Source: Girardia tigrina
Lineage: Eukaryota
Direction: 5' to 3'
NCBI GenBank assembly: GCA_001938485.1
Contig: MQRK01235211.1
Location: 12,154-71,017 of the forward strand
DNA length: 58,864 bases
Positions 12,277 through 26,000 of this stretch are shown one piece after another. The translations under genes were made by a program, and so were the position numbers. The notes below the pieces were generated by a model. It did not search any database. It saw nothing but the letters and a program-made list of their open reading frames with translations, and had not been told where the DNA came from. Numbering within the stretch: position 1 is the stretch's first letter; every line of letters begins with the position of its first letter.

Positions 12277-14488
12277 TACAGGACTTCAAGATGTTGACTC
12301 CATTATTTTGTATTATTTCTCATATCAACAAAAAAGAATTTAGTCAATTTGGAAGCCGCGTGTTTCGAGAACTGCTTCAATATCATCATCAAAATAAACA
12401 ATAATAGAAAATAAGAGACATATTTTTTAACTTTTTATTTATAAAAGATTTCCGTTGTTGCTTATTTGTGATCATTTTAACATAAATAATATTCAGATTT
12501 TAAAAGAAAATTAATTTTCGGGAATTTTTTTAAGATTTTTTTATCGATTAATAAATTAAGATTCCAGAACAAGGTGTCTTTTGGTACACAAAAGAAATTT
12601 TAGCTAGCCTTCTTCCATGTCCTTTGTCTACTGAGATGACCAAACTTTTATCTTGTTCATTTGAATTATCTAGACGCTTTTTTCGATCTTCGATTACATG
12701 AACAATTGTACTCAATCGAACCATTGTAGTGGCAGAAACTTCATAAAGTAATAACTCATCAAAACGTTTTGCGTAATTCTTCTAATTCGAGCTTAAAAGA
12801 AAATTTGACACCGAAGCTGTCCTTGACAAATCGATTAACTTTAATGAAATCCTGATTTGAAAGTTTGGGTCCCCTCTTTAAGCCGATAATTTTCTCGGGT
12901 GAAAGTTATTTCATTATTCTTTCTATAGCATATTCATGTGGATTTTCTTCGAATTCCGTTTTAATACTGCTGCGAAGGCTGTGTTTCTGCTAATCGCATT
13001 TCTTTTGAGCCGAACTTGCTCTTTTTAACGACTTTCCTTCATCATTTTCATATGCTCCTTTCGATCAAAATCCATTTTTATTTTCTTTGTTTTTTCGTTT
13101 TTTTTGATAACTTGTTTTGATATCTTGGAGCCTCTGTGCAAGATGATTAGGTGGTGATTTCGATTCACCAGATTTCCTTTCTTAGGATTCTTTCACTTTG
13201 CTACTTTCTTCTTTGAAGGTTTTCCCATCTAAAACCAAAAGATTTATTATTACAGTAAACTTATAGAACAAAAATTGATAGCCAATAATTGAAAATGGAA
13301 AGCTGTTTATATATCACCAGGCCTGGTGGTTACAGATTATAATCGTTATTTGATTTTTGTGCATCGGAATATGTTATTTAAAACAAAGTATAATTCCTTT
13401 TTTTGATTAATTACATTAAATTTATAAAAAATGATTATGTAATTTTGTTACAACAGAATCACACAATTTTTTATTAATGTTGTTTTTGTCTACTCCAATT
13501 GATTTAGACACAACTTGCGGGAAATTCAGGAGTAAATTCCCCCCCCCTTTATATTCGAAAATGAAATGATGAATGATATTGAACTAATAAAAATTTAATA
13601 TTTAAATTCTTTGATTCTGCGAAAAGTTTTCGTAGTTAGTGGACACTACAGTATACAGCAGAACATTCACTTACTATTATAATATATTATACTGTGATAA
13701 AGAAGGAATATTTGAAACGTTAGTTATTTTTTTCCAATAAAATTTAAAAAGTGTTCAGCTGTGTCATAATAATAATTATTTTCTTATCACTAAAGTGATA
13801 AAACAAAACAATATGACACAACAATAATTTTAAAAACGGTCAAGATGCTCCTTTTTTTGAATTGAGCGTTTCCTTGAAGCTTGCTGTATAAAAATGTCTC
13901 GTCGAAAAAGCGACATTTTGCAAGAAAGGAATTTGGCAATACTTTGGACTTAAGCTACCTGGATGTTAACATTTAAAATTTTGATTTGCAGATTTTCGAT
14001 TTTCGGATCAACTAGTGACCCGGCTATTTTTTTAATTTTTGGAATACGAACGTATTGAGTCCCAGGGCCGACCCGTTGATCTTGATGTTTCAAGGACCGC
14101 AACTCGAATCGGCGTCCAGGAGTATTATTATCCGTGATTCGATCACTTTAACTTTGAAAAACATTTTTTCCTTTGTTAAAATTCAAAACGCTTCAAATAC
14201 AGCGTTGTAAATTTTATTCGACTAAACAAAAATTAAAAGTAAAAAAATAATAATAAAAATTATTTGGTTATTGTTCGATTCTCAAAATCTTGAACTATTT
14301 CGAAAATTCGTTCAACGGTTCGGTGACCCGATAAATGTGCTAAAAGGAGAAAATTACTATATAAACAACATCAAATTCAGTTTTAGTTTGCCCAAAAATA
14401 TTTCCAAGAAATTTTAACTGAAGAGAATTGTTCGTAAGTAGAGTTATTATTAATATTTACTTTATATTTTTCAAAGTTGAATAAAACC

Positions 14489-15100
14489 TGTAGTACCCTG
14501 TATGGGAGAACAAGGTTTATAGAAAAGTGTTAAGTTTAAATCAAAGCATCGTTCGTTTTGGTAGATTCACAGTTTTTACTGTAATCTGTTAACTCGCACG
14601 AAATATTGATTGTATTTGTATTCTGTCATCCAAAATTGAATTATTATTATTATTTGTGACTTGTTGATATTTGTTATTTGAAATAAAGTTTGATAAAAGA
14701 ATTTGTGTTCATTATTCATATATTTATATTGGAAGACCTATCTGAATAATTGGAGTCAGATCAAAGATTAGAGATTATTGATTACGATAAAGATTATTGA
14801 TTAAAGATTATTGATTAAAGAATAAAGAATAGAGATTTACGATTAAAGATAGAGATTTAAGATTTGTATTTAAAAAAAAAGCGAATAATTGAATTAAAGA
14901 TAATTTAATAATTAAAACCCCAACAATACAAAATTCAACAAACCAATTTCAACATACCAAATTTAAAATATTCCTCATAATAACGAAACCAATTATGGCG
15001 ATGTCAAACGATGAAAGATCTTCTGAGAGTTGTAATGACTCTAAATGTTGTAGTTATAAAAATTCAAAAGAGACTTGTCTCAATGTTCTTAATACCACGT
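14489..15100 (+). mobile_element. Possible 5' part of an LTR retrotransposon (LTR-like start, PBS-like TGG, tandem repeats, gag-like start)
   Basis: TGTAGTACC at 14489, AATAAA at ~14682, TGGAGTCAGA at 14751, (GATTATTGATTAAA)-like tandem repeats at 14762-14865, then MSNDERSSESCNDSKCC at 15001, which recurs at 44555-44650. The LTR 3' end is not canonical. Confidence 0.35.
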
Positions 15101-16598
15101 TTTAAAATCATTATAATTTTTTAATTAAAAAGAAAAGAAATAAAATTTATAGTTGTTAATACATTTTTTATATTTATTAATGAAAAAATAAACTTCCAAT
15201 AATAATAAAATAAAAAACAAATTTAAAAAAAAACTTAAAAATAAAAATTTATCACCTTCTAATAATGATATAGTTAAAACCTAATTACAAAAATAGAAAT
15301 AAATAAAATAATAATTAACTTTACGTAAATCTAAAATTATTCAAAAAATTAACAATATTATTTACTTTTACTTAAATTTAAAGATATAAGTTTCCGTAAA
15401 ATTAATTGATAATGTATTTTATTACATTTTTAGGGTTTGATATTAACTTTCACTCATATCTAATGATTTACGATTTTTCCAAATTATTTTGTTTTAATTT
15501 ATTCTTCTTATTTTATCAAATTTTGTTAGATTTTTAACTCTATCGCAACAAATTCTTACAATTACTTATTTGGAAATTTATTATTTTTCCATTCCATCTG
15601 TAAAACTTTCTTGCGTCTAGGAATAGTTCTACTATTATTAAATTATTAATGCTCCCGAATTCATTTTAGAAAATAGCAAAATGTCATTCCGATATGTATG
15701 GTATTGTAAACATTACAAAAAACAATATACTAGATTGGAGCACAAATTCAAAGGAGTTGAAGACTTGTTATTGAAAATACTGTGATATATTTACTTTTTG
15801 GATATAGTTTACAGATTCAAGAATTTTAAATCGATCGATTTTAGAATGGAAGATTTTAATGTTTTATAACCTTCTGAAGAAGATACTTAATGTTTATTCA
15901 ATATATGAATCTCCACGAGATACTTTACCGCGTTTTAACTTATCCTTGCCTACGTTATCTTTGTTGATTGAAACTATACATAATATGTTTTAGTATTGCT
16001 ATTTTCTAAAAATCAATTATTTTAAATTCAAATGAAAGAACAAGCATTCACATTCCAAATATCATGCAAACATTTCGATTTGTTACTACTTATAATTTTT
16101 TATTTAATTTCTGTTTAAATTAATGATTCTAAACTATTCTGAGAATCTCTTTTGTTAAATGGACATAACTTTGAATAATCTAGACTAGAGACATATTGAT
16201 TCGAAAACCTTGATTAATTGTATATTTAATTTAATTATATAATTTAAAATATAATACTAATTATGAGATAAATTACCAAAAGCAATTTAAATAAAAACTT
16301 AAATCCCATTGTTTTTTATAAAAAAACATGAATCATTTTTAAAACTTTGATAAACATTAATGTTTAAATTTTTTAAATTTAACCAAATAGATACGATAAA
16401 TCCATCAAGTAAATTATAAAAAATTTAAGATCACTTTTCGAGTTATTATAAAATTTTCAACTATTAATATCAAACTAATTTCTAATGTAAAAAGTATACA
16501 TCTAATAAAACACTTAGTTTTGTTTTACTACATCATTTAAATCAAATTCAAAAGTTTTGCAATTCGAAATTATTCTAATAGCACAAATTATGTAACCA

Positions 16599-17076
16599 AT
16601 GTTAATTTTTTCCATTCGCATACGATTAATTTTCTCAGTTCTTTACATACTAACAAAATTCAATTTGTTCTTGTCGGGTAGTTTTTTATTTCGAAAAAAT
16701 TTTAATTTCTCAAAAACAAATTTACATCAAGAATCACTTGCGATTTGCTACAATCAAAATTTTGACATAAAATGTGCGCCTGAAGAACAATACATTGTCA
16801 TAAAAGAAGCGAATTACGGAGTGTATTCAAATGATCAAATCAAAAATGCCAATTGGAACAGTTCGTGCACTGTTTCACACAAAGAGAGTCACACATTTAA
16901 TCGATGTCAAATATCGATTTTGAAAAGTATTTCCAATAAATGTTCCGGACAAGCTCAATGCAGTGGCACGTTTCTATTTTCGAAATATATTCCGAAAATG
17001 GAATTCAATTGCGTTGGACTGTCGAATGACGATCACAAATTATCTCTCCACATTCAATACGAATGTGTAGCTAAAG
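16599..17076 (+). CDS. Receptor exons 1-2: signal peptide plus SUEL/Gal_Lectin-like domain
   Basis: Hydrophobic N-terminus, then AICYNQNFDIKC..IVIKEANYG..C..C..NKCSGQAQC..C..LHIQYEC, the SUEL cysteine/ANYG pattern. Donor GTGAG at 17077. Confidence 0.8.
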
Positions 17077-20000
17077 GTGAGAATTTATTTGCTTTGAAAA
17101 CCATTTCTGTATTGCCATCTTTGCAATCATAAAACAGGATTATTTTCATTATTATCAAATTTATTTTTCATCAAACTTTTGGAATTTAGAGTTAACGAAA
17201 ACAATTCCAAAATAGACATAAAAAATCGATTGAAATCTTAAAATCTTTGATTAATTTTTTTAAAAAATTGCCATTATTATCCAATAATATCTTAAACAAT
17301 TAAAATAAATGAAAAAGTAATTCCTGTAAATTAAATTGTTATAAAACTAACGAATCTTAATTATATTAGGTGAACCAAAAGTCTTCGTATTTTTTATTAA
17401 AAATTTAAACATAATTTTACNNNNNNNNNNNNNNNNNNNNNNNNNNNNNNNNNNNNNNNNNNNNNNNNNNNNNNNNNNNNNNNNNNNNNNNNNNNNNNNN
17501 NNNNNNNNNNNNNNNNNNNNNNNNNNNNNNNNNNNNNNNNNNNNNNNNNNNNNNNNNNNNNNNNNNNNNNNNNNNNNNNNNGCTGCGACCACGAAGAAAG
17601 TGTGCCATAGAGCGGAAAAGGTGATAGTCGGATGGCGCAAGATCCGGACTATATGCTGGGTGTGGAAGAAGTTCAAAGGCGTCGAGATTTTTGATTTTTT
17701 GCTTTGTTTGTTTGGCGGTGTGCAGTTTTGCATTGTCCTGTTGTAGAAGAACTCGCTTTCGATTGATCAAAGCGGGGTATTTCTCGCCAAGTGCCGCATA
17801 CATTCGATCAAGTTGGGCGCAGTAAAGGTCAGTGTCGATGGTANNNNNNNNNNNNNNNNNNNNNNNNNNNNNNNNNNNNNNNNNNNNNNNNNNGCATTGT
17901 CCTGTTGTAGAAGAACTCGCTTTCGATTGATCAAAGCGGGGTATTTCTCGCCAAGTGCCGCATACATTCGATCAAGTTGGGCGCAGTAAAGGTCAGTGTC
18001 GATGGTACGACCCTTTGGAACCAGCTCGAAGTGAATCACGCCTTCGAAATTCCACCAAACACACGAAAGTGCCTTCCTTGAGAAATAATCTCGTTTCGCT
18101 ACCGGTTTCGCCATTTGTCCGGGATCCAACCATTGATTTTGTTGGTCTGGATTACTGAAGTAAACCCACTTTTCATCGAAAGTTACAATTCGACGGATGA
18201 AACGGTCATCGCGCGGATTTTCAAGCAATTTTTGACAAGTTTCGAAGCGCTTTTTGGCTTGAATTTGTGTCAATTCATGAGACACTTCTCGACATCGCCT
18301 ATTTACCTTGCCAAGAGCGTGAAGGTGTAGTACAATGGATGTTTGAGGAATATCGAGTTCGGCCGACAATCTGCGAGTACTTATTGACGGATTTTTCTCG
18401 ACGGCTTCACGATTTGCTCCGGAATCTACGGTGATAGGTCGGCCTGAACATGCATTGTCTCCGAGGTCAATGTCGCCTTCGTTGAACCTTTTGAACCAAT
18501 TTTATGCAGTACGATGTGAGACCACATTATCGCCTTCAACTTCGCATATCTTCTTTGTTACTGCAGTTGCGTTTCAGCCCTGTTTCCAGTAATGGCGTAA
18601 AAGAACACGAATTTCAAAATTTTCCATTATTTTTCTAAAAGACCATAAAAATTATATTAACGACTGATTAGAAGTTTTAATATATATTGTGATAGAGCAG
18701 TTCAAGAGCTTTAAAAACATATAACACATGTATATAAAATATCTTTATTTGGTAATAAGTAACAATTGAACAAAAACACGTAGAAAATACGAAAAGACTT
18801 TTGGTTCACCCTAATAATTGCTGATGATGGAATACGAAATTGCAATACATGTTCAATTTCAATTCTCTTTTCACCTCATAATCGTCAACCATATTCATAC
18901 AAACAAGGTTGAGCAACTTTTTCTTATATAGTTTACTTTCTGTTAATATTGTTACTAATTCTTCGGCTTTTTCGAACATTTCTTCCGGATCCCTATCGGA
19001 GATTTAAAATATCCTTCATTGTGTCAAGCAGAGATTTTTCTTTCACAAAAGCAGTTTTCAGTTTTTCTTTGTACGTATTTCTAACTGCTTCTGAAAATTT
19101 TGTGATTGCTGATGGAGTCATGGAGATCGTCACCATCACTAATCTTCACTCTTCTGTTATACCCATAATATCAGCAATAACGTTCGAATTTGTTTTATGA
19201 AATCATCTAATTTCGACTCGGATCTATCGAATTTTTCGTGTTTCATAATGTTCGTTCTCATATGAGCTGTGGTCGCCATATTAACAACATCAATATGATT
19301 TTTCAAACATTTATTAACATCACAATCAGAATTGTCATTGCAACAATTATTCAAACCACTTTCGCTATTTGACATTTTTCTTGATTAATATAATTTCTGA
19401 ATTCAAAAAATTTTTAAAATAAATGAAAAATATTTATTAATAATTATTAATTAAAAAGATTCTAATTGATTAAAATTAAATCTAAACATTTGTTTAAAAA
19501 GAACATATTAAATTAATGTATTAAAATTTTAAATTACATTAAAAAATAAATAATACTTTCGAAAAATATTTTAAATCTTTTTACTTTAAAATTAAATTCT
19601 TTTTTTCTAATTAGTTGGAATCAAAGAAAATACCGATCAGCCATCTGGATAGGAGAGACACAATCCGAATCAACATATAACATGCACAATATAAAACAAC
19701 AAACAGTTCAAAACATATTTCACACACCGGACATATTTCCTGGTTACTCTCCAGCCATATAAGGAGTGTAACCTTTTAGAAGAAGAACACTCTCAAAATC
19801 TGCTGAAAAACTTCTTTAACCTCAAATCAGTGTGTTTCTAGCACAATGGCATCAGTGAAATGGTCGAGAAGTGGGACCATGTTGTGAAGAATGATGGAGA
19901 ATGGTTAATTGAATAAGTTGTTATCAAATTTTCAATTTTATTAAAACTTTTTAATGAAAAAGATACGGGAACTGATAAAACAACCTAATATATTAACTCA

Positions 20001-23000
20001 ACATACATTTTTTCTAATTATACCGGATCTTAAAACAATAAAAGAAATTCAAAAATAGTAAAAAATGAGAAAAATGAAACGAAAAACAAATTTGGAAATA
20101 AAAATTAAAAACATGCTTAAATGTGATTTTAATGATAAATATAAAGGACAAATACTATTTCCTGGGGATCCTCTAGGAATATACTAATGTATAAGAACTT
20201 TTAGTTAAGTTTTCATCACTTTTTTCGTATAAAATTCATTTTTCACCTTTCATATTTTTTTGAATAAAATTAAATACATTTCCATTGTTGCTATACAATT
20301 TCCACACTTTTAAAAGAATTTATCTTCCTTTTTAAGAGTTTAATGAACATATAGACAAAAAAATTTAAATTAGTTTTCTTTATTTTGAAATTGTTTATTG
20401 AAGTTTAATGTAAGTAGGAGAACCTGAGAATAACCACTTTATTAATACAAGACACGAATGCCTGCAAAACTAAACTTATTATACTAAAAATTCTGGTGCT
20501 AGAGATGGATAAGAAATACATAATAATATTAATTCAAATCCCCTTCATCAAAAGACTCAATTTGCGTGGTCTATCAAACAATCAATTTTATAGTATTACC
20601 GACGAAAGACTATCTATAATTCATAGACGTTTATTCAGAGTTAATTAATATATGTACTTTCATTACTCAGCAGCATTTAATTAGATTTGAGTCTTCACAG
20701 ATTTGTGTTAGTGCAGCACTTCCAGAAAAACTTCAAACTACTAGAAAATCTTGAGACTCACAATTATTGCGGCACATAAAACGCAGTTTTTGATTCAGTT
20801 GATAGCAAATTCTGTTCGTGTTCGAAATTATTAATTCTTATCTAGAGTTACTCAAAGAATACAACCAGACTTTTGGTGAAAAAATAACTTTTGCAAGGTC
20901 ATTCTTAGATATCACATGGAGACAATACTTGTTATATAGTAAAGGATTATCTTAAATCACCAAATATATTTTAGATAAATAAAGTCTTAATGGATTCTTT
21001 CAAAGTTATATTTTCCCCATACATTTATATTTTCTACAATATTTAACCTTAAATATATTTCTTATTCTTCATTTTTTTTATATTTCTGTGTCTGTTTTTG
21101 TTCCGTTTGGCATAGTAACCCGTCTATCAATAAGTGAATTTGTTAAATTTTATTTATCAATTTTTTTATTTGAAAAGGTTTATAGTGTGTTATTGGCGCA
21201 ACTATTTTTATCATCGACCGCTCAGTGCATATATCAAAATATTTAATTTATTCAAATTTTAAAATTTCTGATTACATTAAAAATACAATAAAAACGTAAT
21301 GAATATTTTTTAAAAATAAAATTACAAGTAAGATGTTATTCGAATTTGTAAAATATTTTTGACATTAAGTAGTGAAATTTTTTTTATTGTTTGGCACAAA
21401 GTACAGAACTGTAATATTTCTATTTTCAGTATTTTTTGAGAAAATTATAATTTTAGATGTATTTTTTTCGGTTGAAAATTTACAAAATATTCATTTCGTT
21501 GGCGGTTATATCACATCTGTGGGTTACATATCTCAGAAATCAAACGCCCATGACGAATACAAAGTCACCGGTTCACATTTCCGGAAAGACAAATTACTGC
21601 CTATAAAACGATCGTTCAGACCTATCACACAGCTTGCAAAACTAAAAATCCTTCCAATCGTCTTTCAATTTCAGATTTTGGAAGTAAATTTTTTTTATTA
21701 TTTTATAAATTTCTCTATATAAATCATTTATTTTACTTTATCGAAAGTTATAATTTTTTTGAAATTAATTAAATACTTTATAATTTAACGGTTCTTTATA
21801 ATCGTCTTTTTACAATTAACAAATGTACTTGAATTAATTAGAATATTGTGTTCGCCGAATGTCTTCGTTATTTTGTACATAAATTAAATCAGAGGAACCT
21901 CAATCAAACGATTTTTATTAGAAAAAAAGAAATCTATATTAGCTCTTCCTAAAATTGTTAACAGAAAGATTTTTTATGGATGCCAGAATTTCCGGTTGAT
22001 AGATAATTCAATTTTTATATTATTTCTAAGAAATTTTTCTAAAAACTTATGGGTAAATAGAAGAAATTTATAAAAGTTTGTAAAATGTCTAAATTTTTAA
22101 TTGAAGAAAAAACAAATAATCCAAATACCATATTCTGAAGATCTAAAGCATTTAAGTATTTGCAAGAAAATAGGTTGTGTAAAAGTGGTTTCAATGGCAT
22201 CCAAAGTTCAAAGCTTCCTTTCAAATAAATGGAAAATGATTTGTGGATTGCAAGTTAATCTGGTTTTAAAATTTAATTGTCATGGTGTAAAAACTTGTAA
22301 ATTGAAGAGACAAATGGTTATCTGAAAACCCGAAATAGTGCGCATTCACAATCAAGTCGATCGATTAAGACCATCGGTTATCATCGGTTACATTGTAAAA
22401 ATAGAATCTCTTCACTTTCAAAGGATGAGTTTTCTGTTTTACAGAAGGTCTTTGATTCACATTATGAGCGGCAGTTATTTGAATCATTACTGATATGACA
22501 TTACAACACATTATTAAAGATTCAAAATGGGCAAAGTAAAGCTACATTCTAATGTGATTGTATTAAAGTTTCATTAGAACTAAACTCAAAATTGCTGAGT
22601 AAAAGACTACTATTTAAGGCTGCTTATTGTACGAATTAAACTAAACTATTCTCTTTCACAATATCCCTATATATTGTATCTTTAAACTATCGTGTTTTTC
22701 AGTGTACTTATAAGAAATTGGTGATTCAAAAATCAAGAAGAAATAGAAAGGAGATTGAAGCATTTTTTATATCTGAGAAAGAGAATTTGCTATTATAAAA
22801 ATATAAGAGAAAAGAGTTTTAGAATACACTCTTCTTTAATTCACTTTCTTATCTTTTATTGTTGTATATTAAAACGATATAACGATATTCTGTATATATA
22901 ATTTATTTCTCAAATGAAACTAAGTGACTAAAATTATATTCAACGTGATAAAGATCAAACTGAAATTGTAAAAACTTTCTCATGCTAAAAAAAGAACTAC

Positions 23001-26000
23001 ATTGAATTATTCTTTGTCTATTCATATTGTAGAACCTATTAATTATATTTGACTTTTTTCCGTTCATTGTTAATTAAAGATTAAAGAACTACGATCAATA
23101 GAAAATAAATGTAAATAGATGGCACTTGTAAATTTATTTGGCAACATATATAATATATATTAAAATGAAGTTACTCTCTAATTCTCTAATTTAAAATAAC
23201 AACAAATAGATAAATTTTGCATTTATTTGCAGTTTTCAAAATACTTAACGGATAGTCGGGATTACAGAAATTCGGTCCGACATTTATACATTGAAAATAT
23301 TATCTACTGCTGATGCATCATCATCATTTCAATCCCTAATGCTGCTGGAATAATCGTCTATTTTCTGTTATTTAATTTCCTTTCTCTGATAATGGGAAGA
23401 AATTGGAATATATTTATCTTCATTTAATTAATTAGCTTTACCCTATAACTTAATGCTTCATCTGAATTGGATACCGCAAAATGGTTTGGACTTTCAAAAG
23501 TAAAGTATTGTACACGAAGTAATATTTTAAAATAAGAAGCGAATTGTACAACGCCTTAATTATACACATTTTCTTAAATGGTGTAAACAATACTGTGAAA
23601 TCTTATAATAATATTTGTTTGCACACCAAAATAAATACTGGCAATCATGTAAAAATTAGGTAATAAAAATAATATTTCGAAGCATATACATGCGATTTAG
23701 TATTCAATAATAGCCCTTGTAAATGGAGGATATATTAACGGTTACAAAAATTAATATCAGGTAATCTATATATTATTGTTAAACTTTAATTTGTGTATGT
23801 TTAAGCTGAAAGAATTATTTGTGCCATATTGTATCTTAGGAAACACTATTAAATTTTTTAATAAACTGTGTATATTTTTTCGTAAAATATTATCAAATTT
23901 ATATCAACCTATATATCGAGAAATTGCGGTCTCATGACACTGTAGCATTTATTGGGGTAACAATAAGGAATAATATTATTATTTTTCAAAAATCTTTTAT
24001 AAAATTATTAGTGAATATCTGAGTGCTATCAACAACTATGATCAAATGCTACCATAAATATTAAAAAAAGGTTTCCCACTCTTGATCCAATTAATCAATG
24101 TATTTCTGTATTGCTATTTTCTCATTAATACGATACTATTGCAGTTTTATTTGATAAAATATTATCTTTCTCAAAAACTTCAATAAGTTTATCATACATG
24201 AATTATTTTCAATTCAGTCAAAAAATAATTATTCTATAATGGTTAGATTCCACTTTGAGACAAAAAGGAGAACATAATTTACGAAAATTATTAGAAAGAG
24301 GGGATACAGTTCGAGTTCTTGAACTTTTCGGAAATGTCCATAATAGTAATTAGTTAAATTGAATAGCCAAAAATTACAGAATATTGAATAACAATGTTAT
24401 ATGAATTAAATACGATTTTTTTGAAACTAACTTCCTTTGTAATGCTACTGAAGAGTATAATAACGAATTGAATGAATAATATTTAGTAATGATTGAGAAA
24501 ACAAACTCCAGTTTTATAAGTAACAATTTTAGCTTACATATGTCTAGTTGAATTATCATAATAAAGTCACTGTAATAACTGGTTCTAAAATACAATAATC
24601 AATCTGTTCAGTCATTATTGTAATAATTACTGCATTTATGATTATATAAATATTGTGCTTAATAGATTCAGTGATCTTTACCTTCAGAAGGTTCATCTAT
24701 ATCAATTCATCTATGAAAATATTATTTGATTCAATCAATTTTTTATAAATTATACCTACCTCACATTATGCAAGATTAAATTATTTTATCGTATTTCTGA
24801 TGGAAAACAATCAGTTTCTTTTTAAAATGAAAAAAAGTTTTGAATTAAGTATGTCTTTTTGGAATTTGTAGAAACCATGTTTGAGGAAAGAAAATTAAAT
24901 GATATGTTATTTAAAATATAAAATTTGGATTCAATATTTGTGAGTCTCTTCAAAACTTGTATATCAAGAGGTGAGGAAAAGTTAATAAAAAATTTATTAG
25001 ATTGTTTTATATATTATAACGCCTTTGTAAAAAAAAGATATATTTGTACGAACTTGAATTAAAATTATTTTTATCAAATTTAGTTTTATCTCTGAAAAAT
25101 AAATTCAAATTACCTGTACAAATTATGACTCATACCATTCATTAGTTAAATGATCATATAGACATTAACTATCTCTAGGTCTCGATTCACAAACCTAATT
25201 GAGTCCCAAAAATGGTATTTCAAATCAAAACATCTTTTTTATATATTTTTATTTTCTTTAATAATTATTTATCTAAGATATTAACACATTAATAAATAAT
25301 TAATTTACAAAGTCTCAATATTCATATAGTCCTAAATAAACGATCTCCTTAAAAGTGTTAAATTTCCGTTAAACGGATTTATCTGAAAAACGAAATTTCA
25401 ACGGTCCCTTCGCTGGCTTTTCAAAGTCCACGGGAACGGCCAAAGGAATGCTAAATCATGGAACATCCGAATATGATTGGTAGTTTTTTACTGGGGTTCC
25501 AAAGAGACATCGTAAGCGGAAAGCTGACAACCTCGTTAGAGGCAATTTGGGCGGCTGCTAGTACTTTTTTAGTTGGGGTGGACCCTCCAAAGAGCCTACG
25601 GCTCAATACCATTGAAAGAGATCGGAGGCCCATGGTCCTAAATAAATAATTTCAGTAAAGTGACCTTTCTTTTAAATTATAACTGTAATGATTTTCTAGA
25701 AAATAATTAACCTACAATGTCAGAGATAAAGCACAATCTTTTGGAATTTTAAAAATCTTTACACATTACCCTTCATTTTCTTCGGTTTTATATTAGTTGA
25801 TTCAATTCGACATTTTGTTAATAATAGAACCAAAAAGTACGAGACCATAAAGGAGGATATTGGTAAAATGTAATATTGAAAATTTGTAAAGGAATGCGGC
25901 TTTTCTCAGATCCTTTAATATATTCTTTTTAGAAATCATTAAACATACTGCTTTGCTTGTGTACTATGTAGTTCATTCAAATATGTGTCGGACAACTCAT

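Noticed and set aside
12560-13230. Lys-rich minus-strand reading (MGKPSKKKVAKVKR...)
   Set aside because: Multiple stops and no firm motif. Likely a decayed transposase, not callable.
17731-18006. Tandem duplication inside the mariner (also ~12100-12230)
   Set aside because: The identical copies flank an N gap, which indicates an unmerged contig overlap rather than biology.
18817-18865. Hammerhead ribozyme (CTGATGA...GAAA)
   Set aside because: Stem II cannot form and the cleavage triplet/stem I register is off by one. At best a decayed or chance match.
25341-25634. Apparent SINE sharing its 3' tail with the RTE LINE
   Set aside because: Its 5' part translates into a degenerate copy of the LINE's last zinc finger, so it is a 5'-truncated LINE and not a SINE.
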